Shown one piece after another: positions 19,517-27,009 of a DNA stretch of 55,078 nucleotides. The notes under the pieces are model-generated. The model was not told the DNA's origin. It saw nothing but the letters and a program-made list of their open reading frames with translations, and did not search any database. Both the position numbers and the translations under genes were made by a program. This DNA comes from an uncultured Bacillales bacterium (GTDB lineage: Bacteria > Bacillota_I > Bacilli_A > RF39 > UBA660): the NCBI GenBank assembly GCA_946408655.1, contig CAMJTE010000001.1, positions 1-55,078 of the forward strand, in the 5' to 3' direction. Every line of letters starts with the position of its first letter. Positions within the stretch are counted from its first letter, which is position 1.

Positions 19517-19545
19517 ATTATATCAAAAAAGGCATAAAAAAACAA
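19517..19545 (-). promoter_or_regulatory. Candidate promoter for the VirB6-to-VirD4 operon
   Basis: Minus strand reads TTGTTT, 17 nt, then TGaTATAAT (extended -10). The -35 overlaps the upstream terminator stem. Confidence 0.3.
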
Positions 19546-19559
19546 GCATGAAGCTTGCT
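19534..19559 (-). terminator. Intrinsic terminator (probably partial) after the fourth VirB2-like gene
   Basis: Minus strand reads agcaagc-ttcat-gcttgtt, a 7-bp stem that includes one G-U pair. It is followed by a T-rich run. Confidence 0.5.
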
Positions 19560-19565
19560 AAAAAA

Positions 19566-19958
19566 TTAATTACGTAATTGACAAGATGCCGATGTATTAT
19601 CACTTGCATTACCACTTACAAAGCAGTTAAAACAACTCATAATACTGTTTTCATCAGTTCCTGCAACAAATCTAACAACTAATTGAACTAATGATACTAC
19701 AAAGAATACGATAACTGCGGCAATTAATCTTTTTATAAAAGTAGTTTGATTTTTCTTAATTTCATCTTCCTTACCAGCAATAACCGCCTTAGCTAAGTCT
19801 AACATACCAAAAATAATTAATAAAATTGGAACAATAATTTTAATTAACATTACGATTGTAGATACTACATATGGAAACATACCACTAAATACAAAATTAT
19901 TAATATTTCCACAAGAATACTCTAACCCCATATCAACTTTTGCCAAAATTTCAAACAT
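19566..19958 (-). CDS. VirB2/TrbC-like two-TM protein, paralog 4 (no cleavable signal peptide)
   Basis: 130 aa. TM1 (IKIIVPILLIIFGMLDL), charged loop AGKEDEIKKNQTTFIKR, TM2, and a Cys-rich tail (SCFNCF...SC). It has its own promoter and terminator. Confidence 0.5.
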   Translation of the reverse strand: MFEILAKVDMGLEYSCGNINNFVFSGMFPYVVSTIVMLIKIIVPILLIIFGMLDLAKAVIAGKEDEIKKNQTTFIKRLIAAVIVFFVVSLVQLVVRFVAGTDENSIMSCFNCFVSGNASDNTSASCQLRN

Positions 19959-19982
19959 ATCTTTTCCTCCTAAACTAATTTA

Positions 19983-20011
19983 ATTATATATCTTAATAAC
20001 AATTTTGTCAA
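19983..20011 (-). promoter_or_regulatory. Consensus sigma-A promoter for paralog 4
   Basis: Minus strand reads TTGACA (20011-20006), an exact 17-nt spacer, then TATAAT (19988-19983). AGGAGG RBS downstream. Confidence 0.75.
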
Positions 20012-20017
20012 TATACG

Positions 20018-21100
20018 CTATTTTATTATATAAGGATCTTTTTCAGTTCCACTACCAGATATAAATAGCTCTTCTCCATCAATATAAATAACCCAATGAT
20101 ACTTTTGATATCTGCTTGTCTCTGCTAACTCTACACCAATAGAATTAATTAAATAAGCTACCGAATCATCTTCAGATACTGTATCAACTGTCCAACTATA
20201 ATCTATAAAATTAGCAATATAATTATAATTTGTACATGACAAATCACCAATTTTCTTACAATTTGCATCATAACTTGCCTGTAAGAAATCAGTTATACTT
20301 GGTAAAGTAATTAACTGTCCATCCAATGTTTCATTACATTCAGTAGTAATACCAAGACTTAAATCTTCTTTAGAACGTTTTCCTATACATACACTATGAG
20401 GAACAATTTTACCTCTAATATCATTATTCATTGTTTTATCATTTTTATAATCATATAGTAATCTATCTATAATTACACTATCTTTATAATTATTAATACC
20501 AGTATAAGAATTCTTATTTATATTATACTTATTATCCCAGTTAAAAGACATATCTTGAGCTTTTTCTTTAATAAGTTTTAAATTACCATTAGAATCTATC
20601 TTAATTATTCTATATATAGTTCCATAGAAAGATAAATAATTCTTAACCTTATTACCTTTAAAAATGTATTCATCCCCAATTTTATAAAGACCAGAACCAG
20701 CTTCAACAACATCTTTCATTAAATAATCTTTTAAGTACTCAGTCTTATAATTATCACATTCTAAATATGGAATATATGAATAATATTTACCTTCAGTAGT
20801 ACTATTATTCTTAACAACAACACTACCACTACAACTTGAATCCTTCAAAGCTTTATCTGGACTTTTTAATCCATCATCAATTAAATTATCAAGTTTTATA
20901 ATAGTACTCTTACCATTCTTAGGTAAGATTTTATGATTTTTAGCATAATTTTTTGCCCTATTCATCATCATTTCTTCATATTTAGAATATGATTTTTTAC
21001 TGCTACAACCTCTAAGAAGTGCCATAAGTAAAATAAACAGTAAGGGCAACGATATTAATACAACACACGTTACCAAAAATTTTGAATCTAACTTTTTCAT
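20018..21100 (-). CDS. Exported (possibly lipid-anchored) protein of unknown function
   Basis: Start reassigned to MKKLDSKF at 21100, where AGGTGA lies 4 nt upstream (track start 21130). Hydrophobic N-terminus ending LLRGC. About 320 aa extracytoplasmic with several Cys. Confidence 0.55.
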   Translation of the reverse strand: MKKLDSKFLVTCVVLISLPLLFILLMALLRGCSSKKSYSKYEEMMMNRAKNYAKNHKILPKNGKSTIIKLDNLIDDGLKSPDKALKDSSCSGSVVVKNNSTTEGKYYSYIPYLECDNYKTEYLKDYLMKDVVEAGSGLYKIGDEYIFKGNKVKNYLSFYGTIYRIIKIDSNGNLKLIKEKAQDMSFNWDNKYNINKNSYTGINNYKDSVIIDRLLYDYKNDKTMNNDIRGKIVPHSVCIGKRSKEDLSLGITTECNETLDGQLITLPSITDFLQASYDANCKKIGDLSCTNYNYIANFIDYSWTVDTVSEDDSVAYLINSIGVELAETSRYQKYHWVIYIDGEELFISGSGTEKDPYIIK

Positions 21101-21108
21101 TAAATCAC

Positions 21109-21549
21109 CTAGTCTTCTTGGGTTGCGCAAGTATCACCAGTACCATTAATAAAACAGTTAACACAATTTATCATGTCTTTAGATTTTCCAGAATCCGCAA
21201 CAAAACTTATAAGTAATTTAACTATTACAAAGACAAAGAATACAATTGCAGCGGCAATAAGTCTTTTTACAAAAGTCATCTGATTCTTTTTTATTTCGTC
21301 TTCTTTACCCGCAATAACAGCTTTAATTAAATCAATCATACCAAATACAACAAGAACAACTGGCACAACAATTTGAATAACCAAAAAAATTATATGAACT
21401 GTATCTGCAATTTTTGCATCAATTAAAAGTTCATGCTCACCTTTGGTTAAGAAATTATCACAACCAAGAATACTTTTAGTAGCATACACAGGACTTGCCA
21501 TAAGACAACACATAACAATTAACAATAAATAACTTAATTTCTTTTTCAT
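21109..21549 (-). CDS. VirB2/TrbC-like two-TM protein, paralog 3
   Basis: 146 aa. Signal peptide ending PVYA. TM1, loop AGKEDEIKKNQMTFVKR, TM2, tail NCVNCFINGTGDTC. Confidence 0.5.
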   Translation of the reverse strand: MKKKLSYLLLIVMCCLMASPVYATKSILGCDNFLTKGEHELLIDAKIADTVHIIFLVIQIVVPVVLVVFGMIDLIKAVIAGKEDEIKKNQMTFVKRLIAAAIVFFVFVIVKLLISFVADSGKSKDMINCVNCFINGTGDTCATQED

Positions 21550-21560
21550 AAATTCACTCC

Positions 21561-21968
21561 TTACTTACAATTACTTGCGTTATTTATAAAACATTCAACG
21601 CATCCCCAAATTCCATCACTATCTCCGCCTATCGCACTAATAAGCAGTTTAACAATTACAAAAACAAAGAACACAAGTGCACCCATTACTAATCTTTTAA
21701 TAAACATTCCTTGGGCTTTTTTAATATCATCATCTTTACTTGATGATACAGCTTTTAAAAAATCAATAGATCCCATTATTATTAATATAACTGGTACTGC
21801 TATTTGCAATACATTAATCACCGTGTTAGATAACTGTAAAACCTTATATGGTAAATTCTTAATACTACCACAGGTAACATAAGTACCTTTCGCATACACA
21901 GGCGTAGATAATATAAAAGCAATTATTAGTGTAATAATATATTTAAATTTATTTTTCATAATCACCAC
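21561..21968 (-). CDS. VirB2/TrbC-like two-TM protein, paralog 2
   Basis: 135 aa. Signal peptide ending PVYA. TM1, loop SSKDDDIKKAQGMFIKR, TM2, tail GCVECFINNASNC. Confidence 0.5.
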   Translation of the reverse strand: MVIMKNKFKYIITLIIAFILSTPVYAKGTYVTCGSIKNLPYKVLQLSNTVINVLQIAVPVILIIMGSIDFLKAVSSSKDDDIKKAQGMFIKRLVMGALVFFVFVIVKLLISAIGGDSDGIWGCVECFINNASNCK

Positions 21969-22436
21969 TTACTCAGTTACACAACTCTTATTATTTAAAA
22001 AGCAATTCGCACACTTCATAATATTTCCTTTATCACTCGCATCTGCAACCACACTAATTAACAATTTAACAATTACAAAGACAAAGAATACAAGCGCACC
22101 TACAATTAACTTTTTAACAAAAGCCATTTGTGCTTTTTTTATTTCATCTTCTTTACCAGCAGTAACAGATCTAATTAGTGTAATCATTCCCATTATAATT
22201 AATATTATTGGAACAACAACTTGAATAATATTATAAGCTATATTTACAGTCTTTACAATGCTCTTTGGGACATGCTTAACCATCCCTCCACCACAGCTTA
22301 CCTTATCCGTATTCAAGTTTTCATATGACTCACCAGATAAATCAACATTTTCATCTGCTGCATAAACAACATTTCTCACACCAAATTGTACCACAAATAA
22401 TGCGATAATTGCAAATAAAACATATATTTTCTTCAT
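21969..22436 (-). CDS. VirB2/TrbC-like two-TM protein, paralog 1
   Basis: 155 aa. Signal peptide ending VVYA. TM1, loop AGKEDEIKKAQMAFVKK, TM2, tail KCANCFLNNKSC. Confidence 0.5.
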   Translation of the reverse strand: MKKIYVLFAIIALFVVQFGVRNVVYAADENVDLSGESYENLNTDKVSCGGGMVKHVPKSIVKTVNIAYNIIQVVVPIILIIMGMITLIRSVTAGKEDEIKKAQMAFVKKLIVGALVFFVFVIVKLLISVVADASDKGNIMKCANCFLNNKSCVTE

Positions 22437-22445
22437 AAAATCACC

Positions 22446-23330
22446 CTATAGTTTCAATTTATCTATTAAATTATTTATCAAATCACTATTATGTCTTTCA
22501 TTTAACATTGGTAATACATAATATGCTTTTATATGTGATTCACTCTCAAATTCTTTTATCTCATCATTAGTTAAAGGACTTTTATTAAGTATTACCTTTT
22601 TATCTTTCAAAGAATTAAAAGTAGTAGGATCAACCATCATAGACTCATTTATTCGAATCATAGTTGGTTCAACCAAATAAATAATTTCATCACAATATTT
22701 TACCGCATTTTTAGAATTATTCAAGTCTATTAAGATAATATCTGTATTTCCATACTTTTCTAAAGTCATATCAATTGCATTATCTTGAATAGAAATCATC
22801 TCTTTATTGTAAAAAAAATTAAAATCTAACTTATCTATTTCTAAAGCTAGTACCTTACGTGCTTTATCTAAATGCTTTTTTAATATATATATTAAAGTAG
22901 TAGATCCTGCATGCTTAGTTACATTCTTAAATCCGATAGTTTTTGTTATTTTTTTACTTTTATTAACAAGTATAATTGCATCATCATAATTGTTAGGATT
23001 ACTATATAACTCTACTATATGTTCTGCAGTATAAGCAATATTATAAATACCAAGTTCAATAATACTATTTAAATATTCTATACTTATATTATCTTTACTT
23101 AATACTAATATTAAATTATCAGGTTTAATAAAACTAATAAGACTTTTAAGTACATTAATATCATTATAATTATTTAAAGAAGTAATATCTATAATAGCCT
23201 TCTCATAACTCAAAGAACTTATCTCATTAAATAATACACCAACATCATAAGTACCATTCAACCTTTTTACGGTTGCAATAGAAATACTATCAATAATACT
23301 ACTATTTAAATTCTCAATTACTATATTCAT
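22446..23330 (-). CDS. Possible TadZ/CpaE-like pilus localisation protein (degenerate ParA/MinD fold)
   Basis: 294 aa, cytoplasmic. N-terminal receiver-like ~120 aa, then a degenerate P-loop-like segment (GFKNVTKHAGSTTLIYIL). The position beside the pilin genes fits TadZ. Motif support is weak. Confidence 0.35.
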   Translation of the reverse strand: MNIVIENLNSSIIDSISIATVKRLNGTYDVGVLFNEISSLSYEKAIIDITSLNNYNDINVLKSLISFIKPDNLILVLSKDNISIEYLNSIIELGIYNIAYTAEHIVELYSNPNNYDDAIILVNKSKKITKTIGFKNVTKHAGSTTLIYILKKHLDKARKVLALEIDKLDFNFFYNKEMISIQDNAIDMTLEKYGNTDIILIDLNNSKNAVKYCDEIIYLVEPTMIRINESMMVDPTTFNSLKDKKVILNKSPLTNDEIKEFESESHIKAYYVLPMLNERHNSDLINNLIDKLKL

Positions 23331-23342
23331 ACATTCTCCTAA

Positions 23343-23855
23343 CTAATTGTAATATGTCCTAGTCTCTCCATAAACAGGAGTAGAAAACAAACTACCTATA
23401 CCAAGAACATTTATATTTAAATGACTAAAAGTAACAACAGTATAATAATATTCACTGCTACTTAAAGTAGTTTTATAAACACAATATCCATTATTACTAG
23501 AATTAGTATATACTGGTTCAGTCTTTGGATATTCAGCCTCTTCATCCGTATCTTTATCTAGTGCTTTCTTTTCTACTTTAGCAAATATCTTACCATTACA
23601 TAAATCAGAATCATTCAAATGATAACCCATGTTTTTTAAAGTACTCACAATACTATTAATACAAGAATCATCTTCAAAACAAGTTTTACCAGTACTACTA
23701 TTTACAATATAATATCTATCAAGTGCACTTATTATATTATTCTTAGCCTTATAAGCACTAGTATACATATTAGAAGCAATTAGTATAGCCCCAACTATAC
23801 CTACTACAATAATAACTATATATACAAGCATAGTACTTCCAACCGCATCTTTCAT
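23343..23855 (-). CDS. Pseudopilin/TadE-F-like protein with MKDAVG leader
   Basis: 170 aa. N-terminus is MKDAVG then STMLVYIVIIVVGIVGAILI. The globular domain has 4 Cys. Confidence 0.5.
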   Translation of the reverse strand: MKDAVGSTMLVYIVIIVVGIVGAILIASNMYTSAYKAKNNIISALDRYYIVNSSTGKTCFEDDSCINSIVSTLKNMGYHLNDSDLCNGKIFAKVEKKALDKDTDEEAEYPKTEPVYTNSSNNGYCVYKTTLSSSEYYYTVVTFSHLNINVLGIGSLFSTPVYGETRTYYN

Positions 23856-23869
23856 GCGTCACCTCCTAA

Positions 23870-24382
23870 TTAACAAGTAGAACCATAACAATTATACATA
23901 GTAGACGTACGAGAAGACATTTTGATAGGTACATTAAAATTAAATAAACCAAAATCTAAATTCATACCAGTAGTAACTTTATAACTATAATATTCATAAT
24001 CAGGTGCAGAATCACTAGATTTATCATTAATAATATATACACAGTATCCTCTATAACCTAATTCACTTGCACTAGCAGAATTATTATCATTAATAATAGA
24101 TCCATCAGCCTTAACAAGCCTTACCTTATTATTATTAAAATCATCATTTCCAACACTACATCCACTATTACTTCTGGTATAACCATAACTAGTAAGTCTC
24201 TTTTCAATTTCTTCCTTAGAATAGTCATTAAATCCACCATAGTCCTCAATAGCAGCCGTCAAACTATTATTAATCTTATAAGACTTATAATAACTCAAAG
24301 TAGATATAATAAATCCAAACATAATTATAACAAAAAAAATAACTACATAAATAGCAGAAACAGCCCCAGTACTTTCTTTCAT
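23870..24382 (-). CDS. Pseudopilin/TadE-F-like protein with MKESTG leader
   Basis: 170 aa. N-terminus is MKESTG then AVSAIYVVIFFVIIMFGFII. The globular domain contains Cys residues. Confidence 0.5.
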   Translation of the reverse strand: MKESTGAVSAIYVVIFFVIIMFGFIISTLSYYKSYKINNSLTAAIEDYGGFNDYSKEEIEKRLTSYGYTRSNSGCSVGNDDFNNNKVRLVKADGSIINDNNSASASELGYRGYCVYIINDKSSDSAPDYEYYSYKVTTGMNLDFGLFNFNVPIKMSSRTSTMYNCYGSTC

Positions 24383-24385
24383 AAA

Positions 24386-24601
24386 TTAGTTACACGCTCC
24401 ATCAGAGTCCATTGTACACTTTTGACCCAAATCATTATGACAACTGCCATCATAATAAGAATAACCAGCGTTTTCACAATTAGCTCTTTTGCTTTGATTA
24501 GACAATAGAGTTGTCATAATAACAACTAATGTCGCTATTACTCCTGCAATCAAAGTAATAGTTATAATTGTCATTGCAGATTCTCCAACTGCTTCTTTCA
24601 T
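24386..24601 (-). CDS. Small pilin-like protein (Flp-sized) with MKEAVG leader and 4-Cys C-terminus
   Basis: Start reassigned to the second ATG at 24601. GGAG abuts the first ATG and sits 9 nt before the second. 71 aa: MKEAVG then a hydrophobic helix. Tail is CENAGYSYYDGSCHNDLGQKCTMDSDGAC. Confidence 0.55.
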   Translation of the reverse strand: MKEAVGESAMTIITITLIAGVIATLVVIMTTLLSNQSKRANCENAGYSYYDGSCHNDLGQKCTMDSDGACN

Positions 24602-24685
24602 TAAAATCATCTCCTATTACATTTATATCAGAAGAAAAGTAATTAAAGTAATATACCTTTCTTCTAATACAAATATCATTTTGTA

Positions 24686-24886
24686 TTAGCTATTTTTTAC
24701 ACATTTTCCACTTGATAAAGTATATCCATCTGGACAAACATCTACTGGATTCTCACTAATATTGGCAGTGCTTGAATTTGCCTTATTAGTCATAATTAAT
24801 ACAATTGCTGCTGCTGCTGCCAATAGACCAACTATTACTACTATAGTGACAACTGTCATACTTCCTTCTCCTGTTGCTTCCTTCAT
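24686..24886 (-). CDS. Small pilin-like protein (Flp-sized) with MKEATG leader and 2-Cys C-terminus
   Basis: 66 aa. MKEATG then EGSMTVVTIVVIVGLLAAAAAIVLIM. Tail is CPDGYTLSSGKC. Strong AGGAGGTGA RBS. First gene after a consensus promoter. Confidence 0.6.
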   Translation of the reverse strand: MKEATGEGSMTVVTIVVIVGLLAAAAAIVLIMTNKANSSTANISENPVDVCPDGYTLSSGKCVKNS

Positions 24887-24915
24887 TTAAATATCACCTC
24901 CTGTATTTTTATTAG

Positions 24916-24944
24916 ATTATATCACATATTTCATTTGATATCAA
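24916..24944 (-). promoter_or_regulatory. Near-consensus sigma-A promoter of the pilin operon
   Basis: Minus strand reads TTGATA (24944-24939), a 17-nt spacer, then TGaTATAAT (-10 at 24921-24916). Confidence 0.7.
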
Positions 24945-24952
24945 TAAAGTAA

Positions 24953-25010
24953 ATGGTTTAACCGTATTTTTTTTGTTAAATTATGTAAAAATATTACGGT
25001 TTAACCGTAA
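24953..25010. promoter_or_regulatory. Operator-like sites upstream of the pilin promoter
   Basis: Perfect 8-1-8 palindrome ttacggtt-t-aaccgtaa at 24994-25010. A related imperfect copy (atggtttaaccgta) sits at 24953-24966, about 9 nt upstream of the -35. Confidence 0.4.
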
Positions 25011-25028
25011 TAAGGTATTATATTTAAT

Positions 25029-25069
25029 TAAAAAGTGCTATAAAAATTTTTTTGTAGCACTTTTTTTTA
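25029..25069. terminator. Bidirectional hairpin terminator
   Basis: aaagtgcta / tagcacttt stem, extendable through an A5/T5 segment. T8 follows on the plus strand and T-rich sequence follows on the minus strand. Confidence 0.65.
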
Positions 25070-25081
25070 TCTTTATGATTA

Positions 25082-25333
25082 TTATAGTTCCTCTATTTTT
25101 TCCTTAGATAATCCTGTAATACTTTCAATATCCAATATGTCAATTCCCTTTAATTTCATTTTCTTTGCCATATCTAAAGTATTTTTTTCAGTAACTTCCT
25201 TAATTACTTCTTCAGTAACCTTTTTCGTTGGTGCTTCTACTGCATACTCAATATTAGCTTCAAATACTTCTTTTAAATACTCTTCCCTATCATAAGCTAC
25301 TATTACATCATCTTCAAAACTATATCTCTTCAC
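25082..25333 (-). CDS. Hypothetical 83-aa protein, possibly a gene remnant
   Basis: GTG start with no convincing RBS. The C-terminal GIDILDIESITGLSKEKIEEL looks like an HTH tail. It may not be functional. Confidence 0.3.
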   Translation of the reverse strand: MKRYSFEDDVIVAYDREEYLKEVFEANIEYAVEAPTKKVTEEVIKEVTEKNTLDMAKKMKLKGIDILDIESITGLSKEKIEEL

Positions 25334-25516
25334 AATATCACTTATTTCTTTTAATAATTCGTTTCACTTGACGATTTTTTCTTACATTTCTACTTCATAA
25401 ATGACTATTACCATTATTAGAGCTATAGTATCTTACTAACTAAAAATGACTGCTTTTTATATATATTTTTTTTTATTATCTGATTAATATAATGATTCTA
25501 AACTATCTCAACATTA

Positions 25517-26338
25517 TTATACTTGAACAGTCTCTAAAGATTCAAAAAATAAAATTACACTAGTAATAACTTCATTTATTGGAATTTCAAGCCAATTACT
25601 TCTTGCGTTATCTAGTTTTGAGATAAATCTTTTATTTTTTAATATCATTTTTAATCGTAATACTATATTGTTTATACTATTCTGGTTTATATTCTTATCT
25701 TTAATAAGCAATAAATCTATATATTTAATTAGTTTATCTTTATTTAATATATTATTTTTTATTAAATAATAAAAATCAAATATATCTTTATATCTAGTAG
25801 AACGAATACCAAATTTTAATAATGAATTTAACTTTTCGCATACAATTTGTTCAGGTGAATTTATGAGCAAAGAAATGCTACCATCTAAAATGTTAAAATC
25901 AAATACATATTCATCTTGTTCTATTTCAAAATATTTATGAACGCCAATATCCAGCTTAGTTTCAAGAGAATTATTATATTTATCATTAATCAAAATATTT
26001 ACCCGCTTTCCATCATATAATTGATGATGCAAATTTTTTATATCACCGTTAATTTTTATCGTTGTCTCTCTATCACTTTTATTTAATTCATTTATAAAGT
26101 TTATTATGCTATCATCTTTAAGAGAATACTTGATAAAATCTAAATCTAAGTCACGAGTTGCACGTCTTCTATTTTTTCTTATATTATGCATTACAACTCC
26201 ACCTTTAATTGTAACATTATAATTATATTTAATTTTACCTATTTTATATAAAATTATATCTTGACAAACCTTTGACTGAGCATCGACTAGTTCATATCCA
26301 AATGACAAATAATTATTAACAAGTTCAATTAAATTCAT
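25517..26338 (-). CDS. AbiEii/AbiGii-family nucleotidyltransferase toxin
   Basis: 273 aa. IKGGVVMH..RATRDLDLDF nucleotidyltransferase motif. Start and stop are coupled with the upstream antitoxin gene. Confidence 0.75.
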   Translation of the reverse strand: MNLIELVNNYLSFGYELVDAQSKVCQDIILYKIGKIKYNYNVTIKGGVVMHNIRKNRRRATRDLDLDFIKYSLKDDSIINFINELNKSDRETTIKINGDIKNLHHQLYDGKRVNILINDKYNNSLETKLDIGVHKYFEIEQDEYVFDFNILDGSISLLINSPEQIVCEKLNSLLKFGIRSTRYKDIFDFYYLIKNNILNKDKLIKYIDLLLIKDKNINQNSINNIVLRLKMILKNKRFISKLDNARSNWLEIPINEVITSVILFFESLETVQV

Positions 26339-26877
26339 TAAAATACCTCATCTTGTATCATTTCAAACAGTCTATCTTCATACGGAAAAAAAGGTAAATA
26401 TCTTTCTATCTTTTCCATATCTAATTCATCAATTATTTTTCGATAATTTATAATTATTTCTTTATACATATCATATCCCATTTTATTTTTACTTCTAACG
26501 AGTTCAATAAGCATTCTTTCTTTATCATATATATTAAATTTTATTCCACTTATCTCCGTTTTTGTTATTCCTAAATTAAATAACTCATCAGTTAATCTAA
26601 CCTGCTTTATAAAATTGGATCTAATTGTATCATTTTTAGTAGTTGCTAGAATTATCTTTGGTGGAATAAAATCAGTTAAATTATGATAATAATATGCAGA
26701 ATCTCCATATAAAACAAAACTAGGATATTTTTTTGCAATTACTTCAATATAGTTTACATTAGGATTATCTGAGTATAATCCACCATCAACCTTAAAAAAC
26801 TTTTTTTCTTCAACTGCCTTCTGAATTTGATAATTAGACTTTAGTATTTCTTTTAATTCTTTATGAAAATATAACAT
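26338..26877 (-). CDS. AbiEi/AbiGi-family antitoxin/regulator
   Basis: 179 aa. Pattern GGLYSD...EVIAKKYP.FVLYGDSAYYYHNLTDFIPPKI is typical of AbiEi-type proteins. It lies directly upstream of the toxin gene. Confidence 0.65.
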   Translation of the reverse strand: MLYFHKELKEILKSNYQIQKAVEEKKFFKVDGGLYSDNPNVNYIEVIAKKYPSFVLYGDSAYYYHNLTDFIPPKIILATTKNDTIRSNFIKQVRLTDELFNLGITKTEISGIKFNIYDKERMLIELVRSKNKMGYDMYKEIIINYRKIIDELDMEKIERYLPFFPYEDRLFEMIQDEVF

Positions 26878-26898
26878 TATATCACCAGAATTAATTTT

Positions 26899-26944
26899 AC
26901 ACTAAATGACACACTTTATCAACGGTTAATGTGTCATTTAGTGT
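26899..26944. promoter_or_regulatory. Inverted repeat upstream of abiEi (candidate operator)
   Basis: 15-bp perfect arms acactaaatgacaca / tgtgtcatttagtgt separated by 16 nt. It sits 22 nt upstream of the abiEi start. Confidence 0.5.
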
Positions 26945-27009
26945 ATTTGGTATGTTTGTGATTTTAATTTTTGTATTTTTTTATTAATTGTACTTAAAAT
27001 CGCAACAAT

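Noticed and set aside
16601-21100. Searched the cluster for a hidden relaxase or DNA-processing enzyme. The 181-aa and 360-aa unknown proteins were considered.
   Set aside because: The 181-aa protein looks like a VirB4 N-domain. The 360-aa protein has an export signal and extracytoplasmic Cys. Neither shows HUH, 3H or Tyr-recombinase-like motifs. The absence of a relaxase is reported as a finding, not filled with a weak candidate.
24386-24886. The two 66-74 aa Cys-containing peptides as bacteriocin or lantibiotic precursors.
   Set aside because: There is no double-glycine or lanthipeptide leader and no modification or ABC-export genes. The N-terminal hydrophobic helix right after a short charged leader matches the adjacent 170-aa pseudopilin-like proteins and the Tad gene context.
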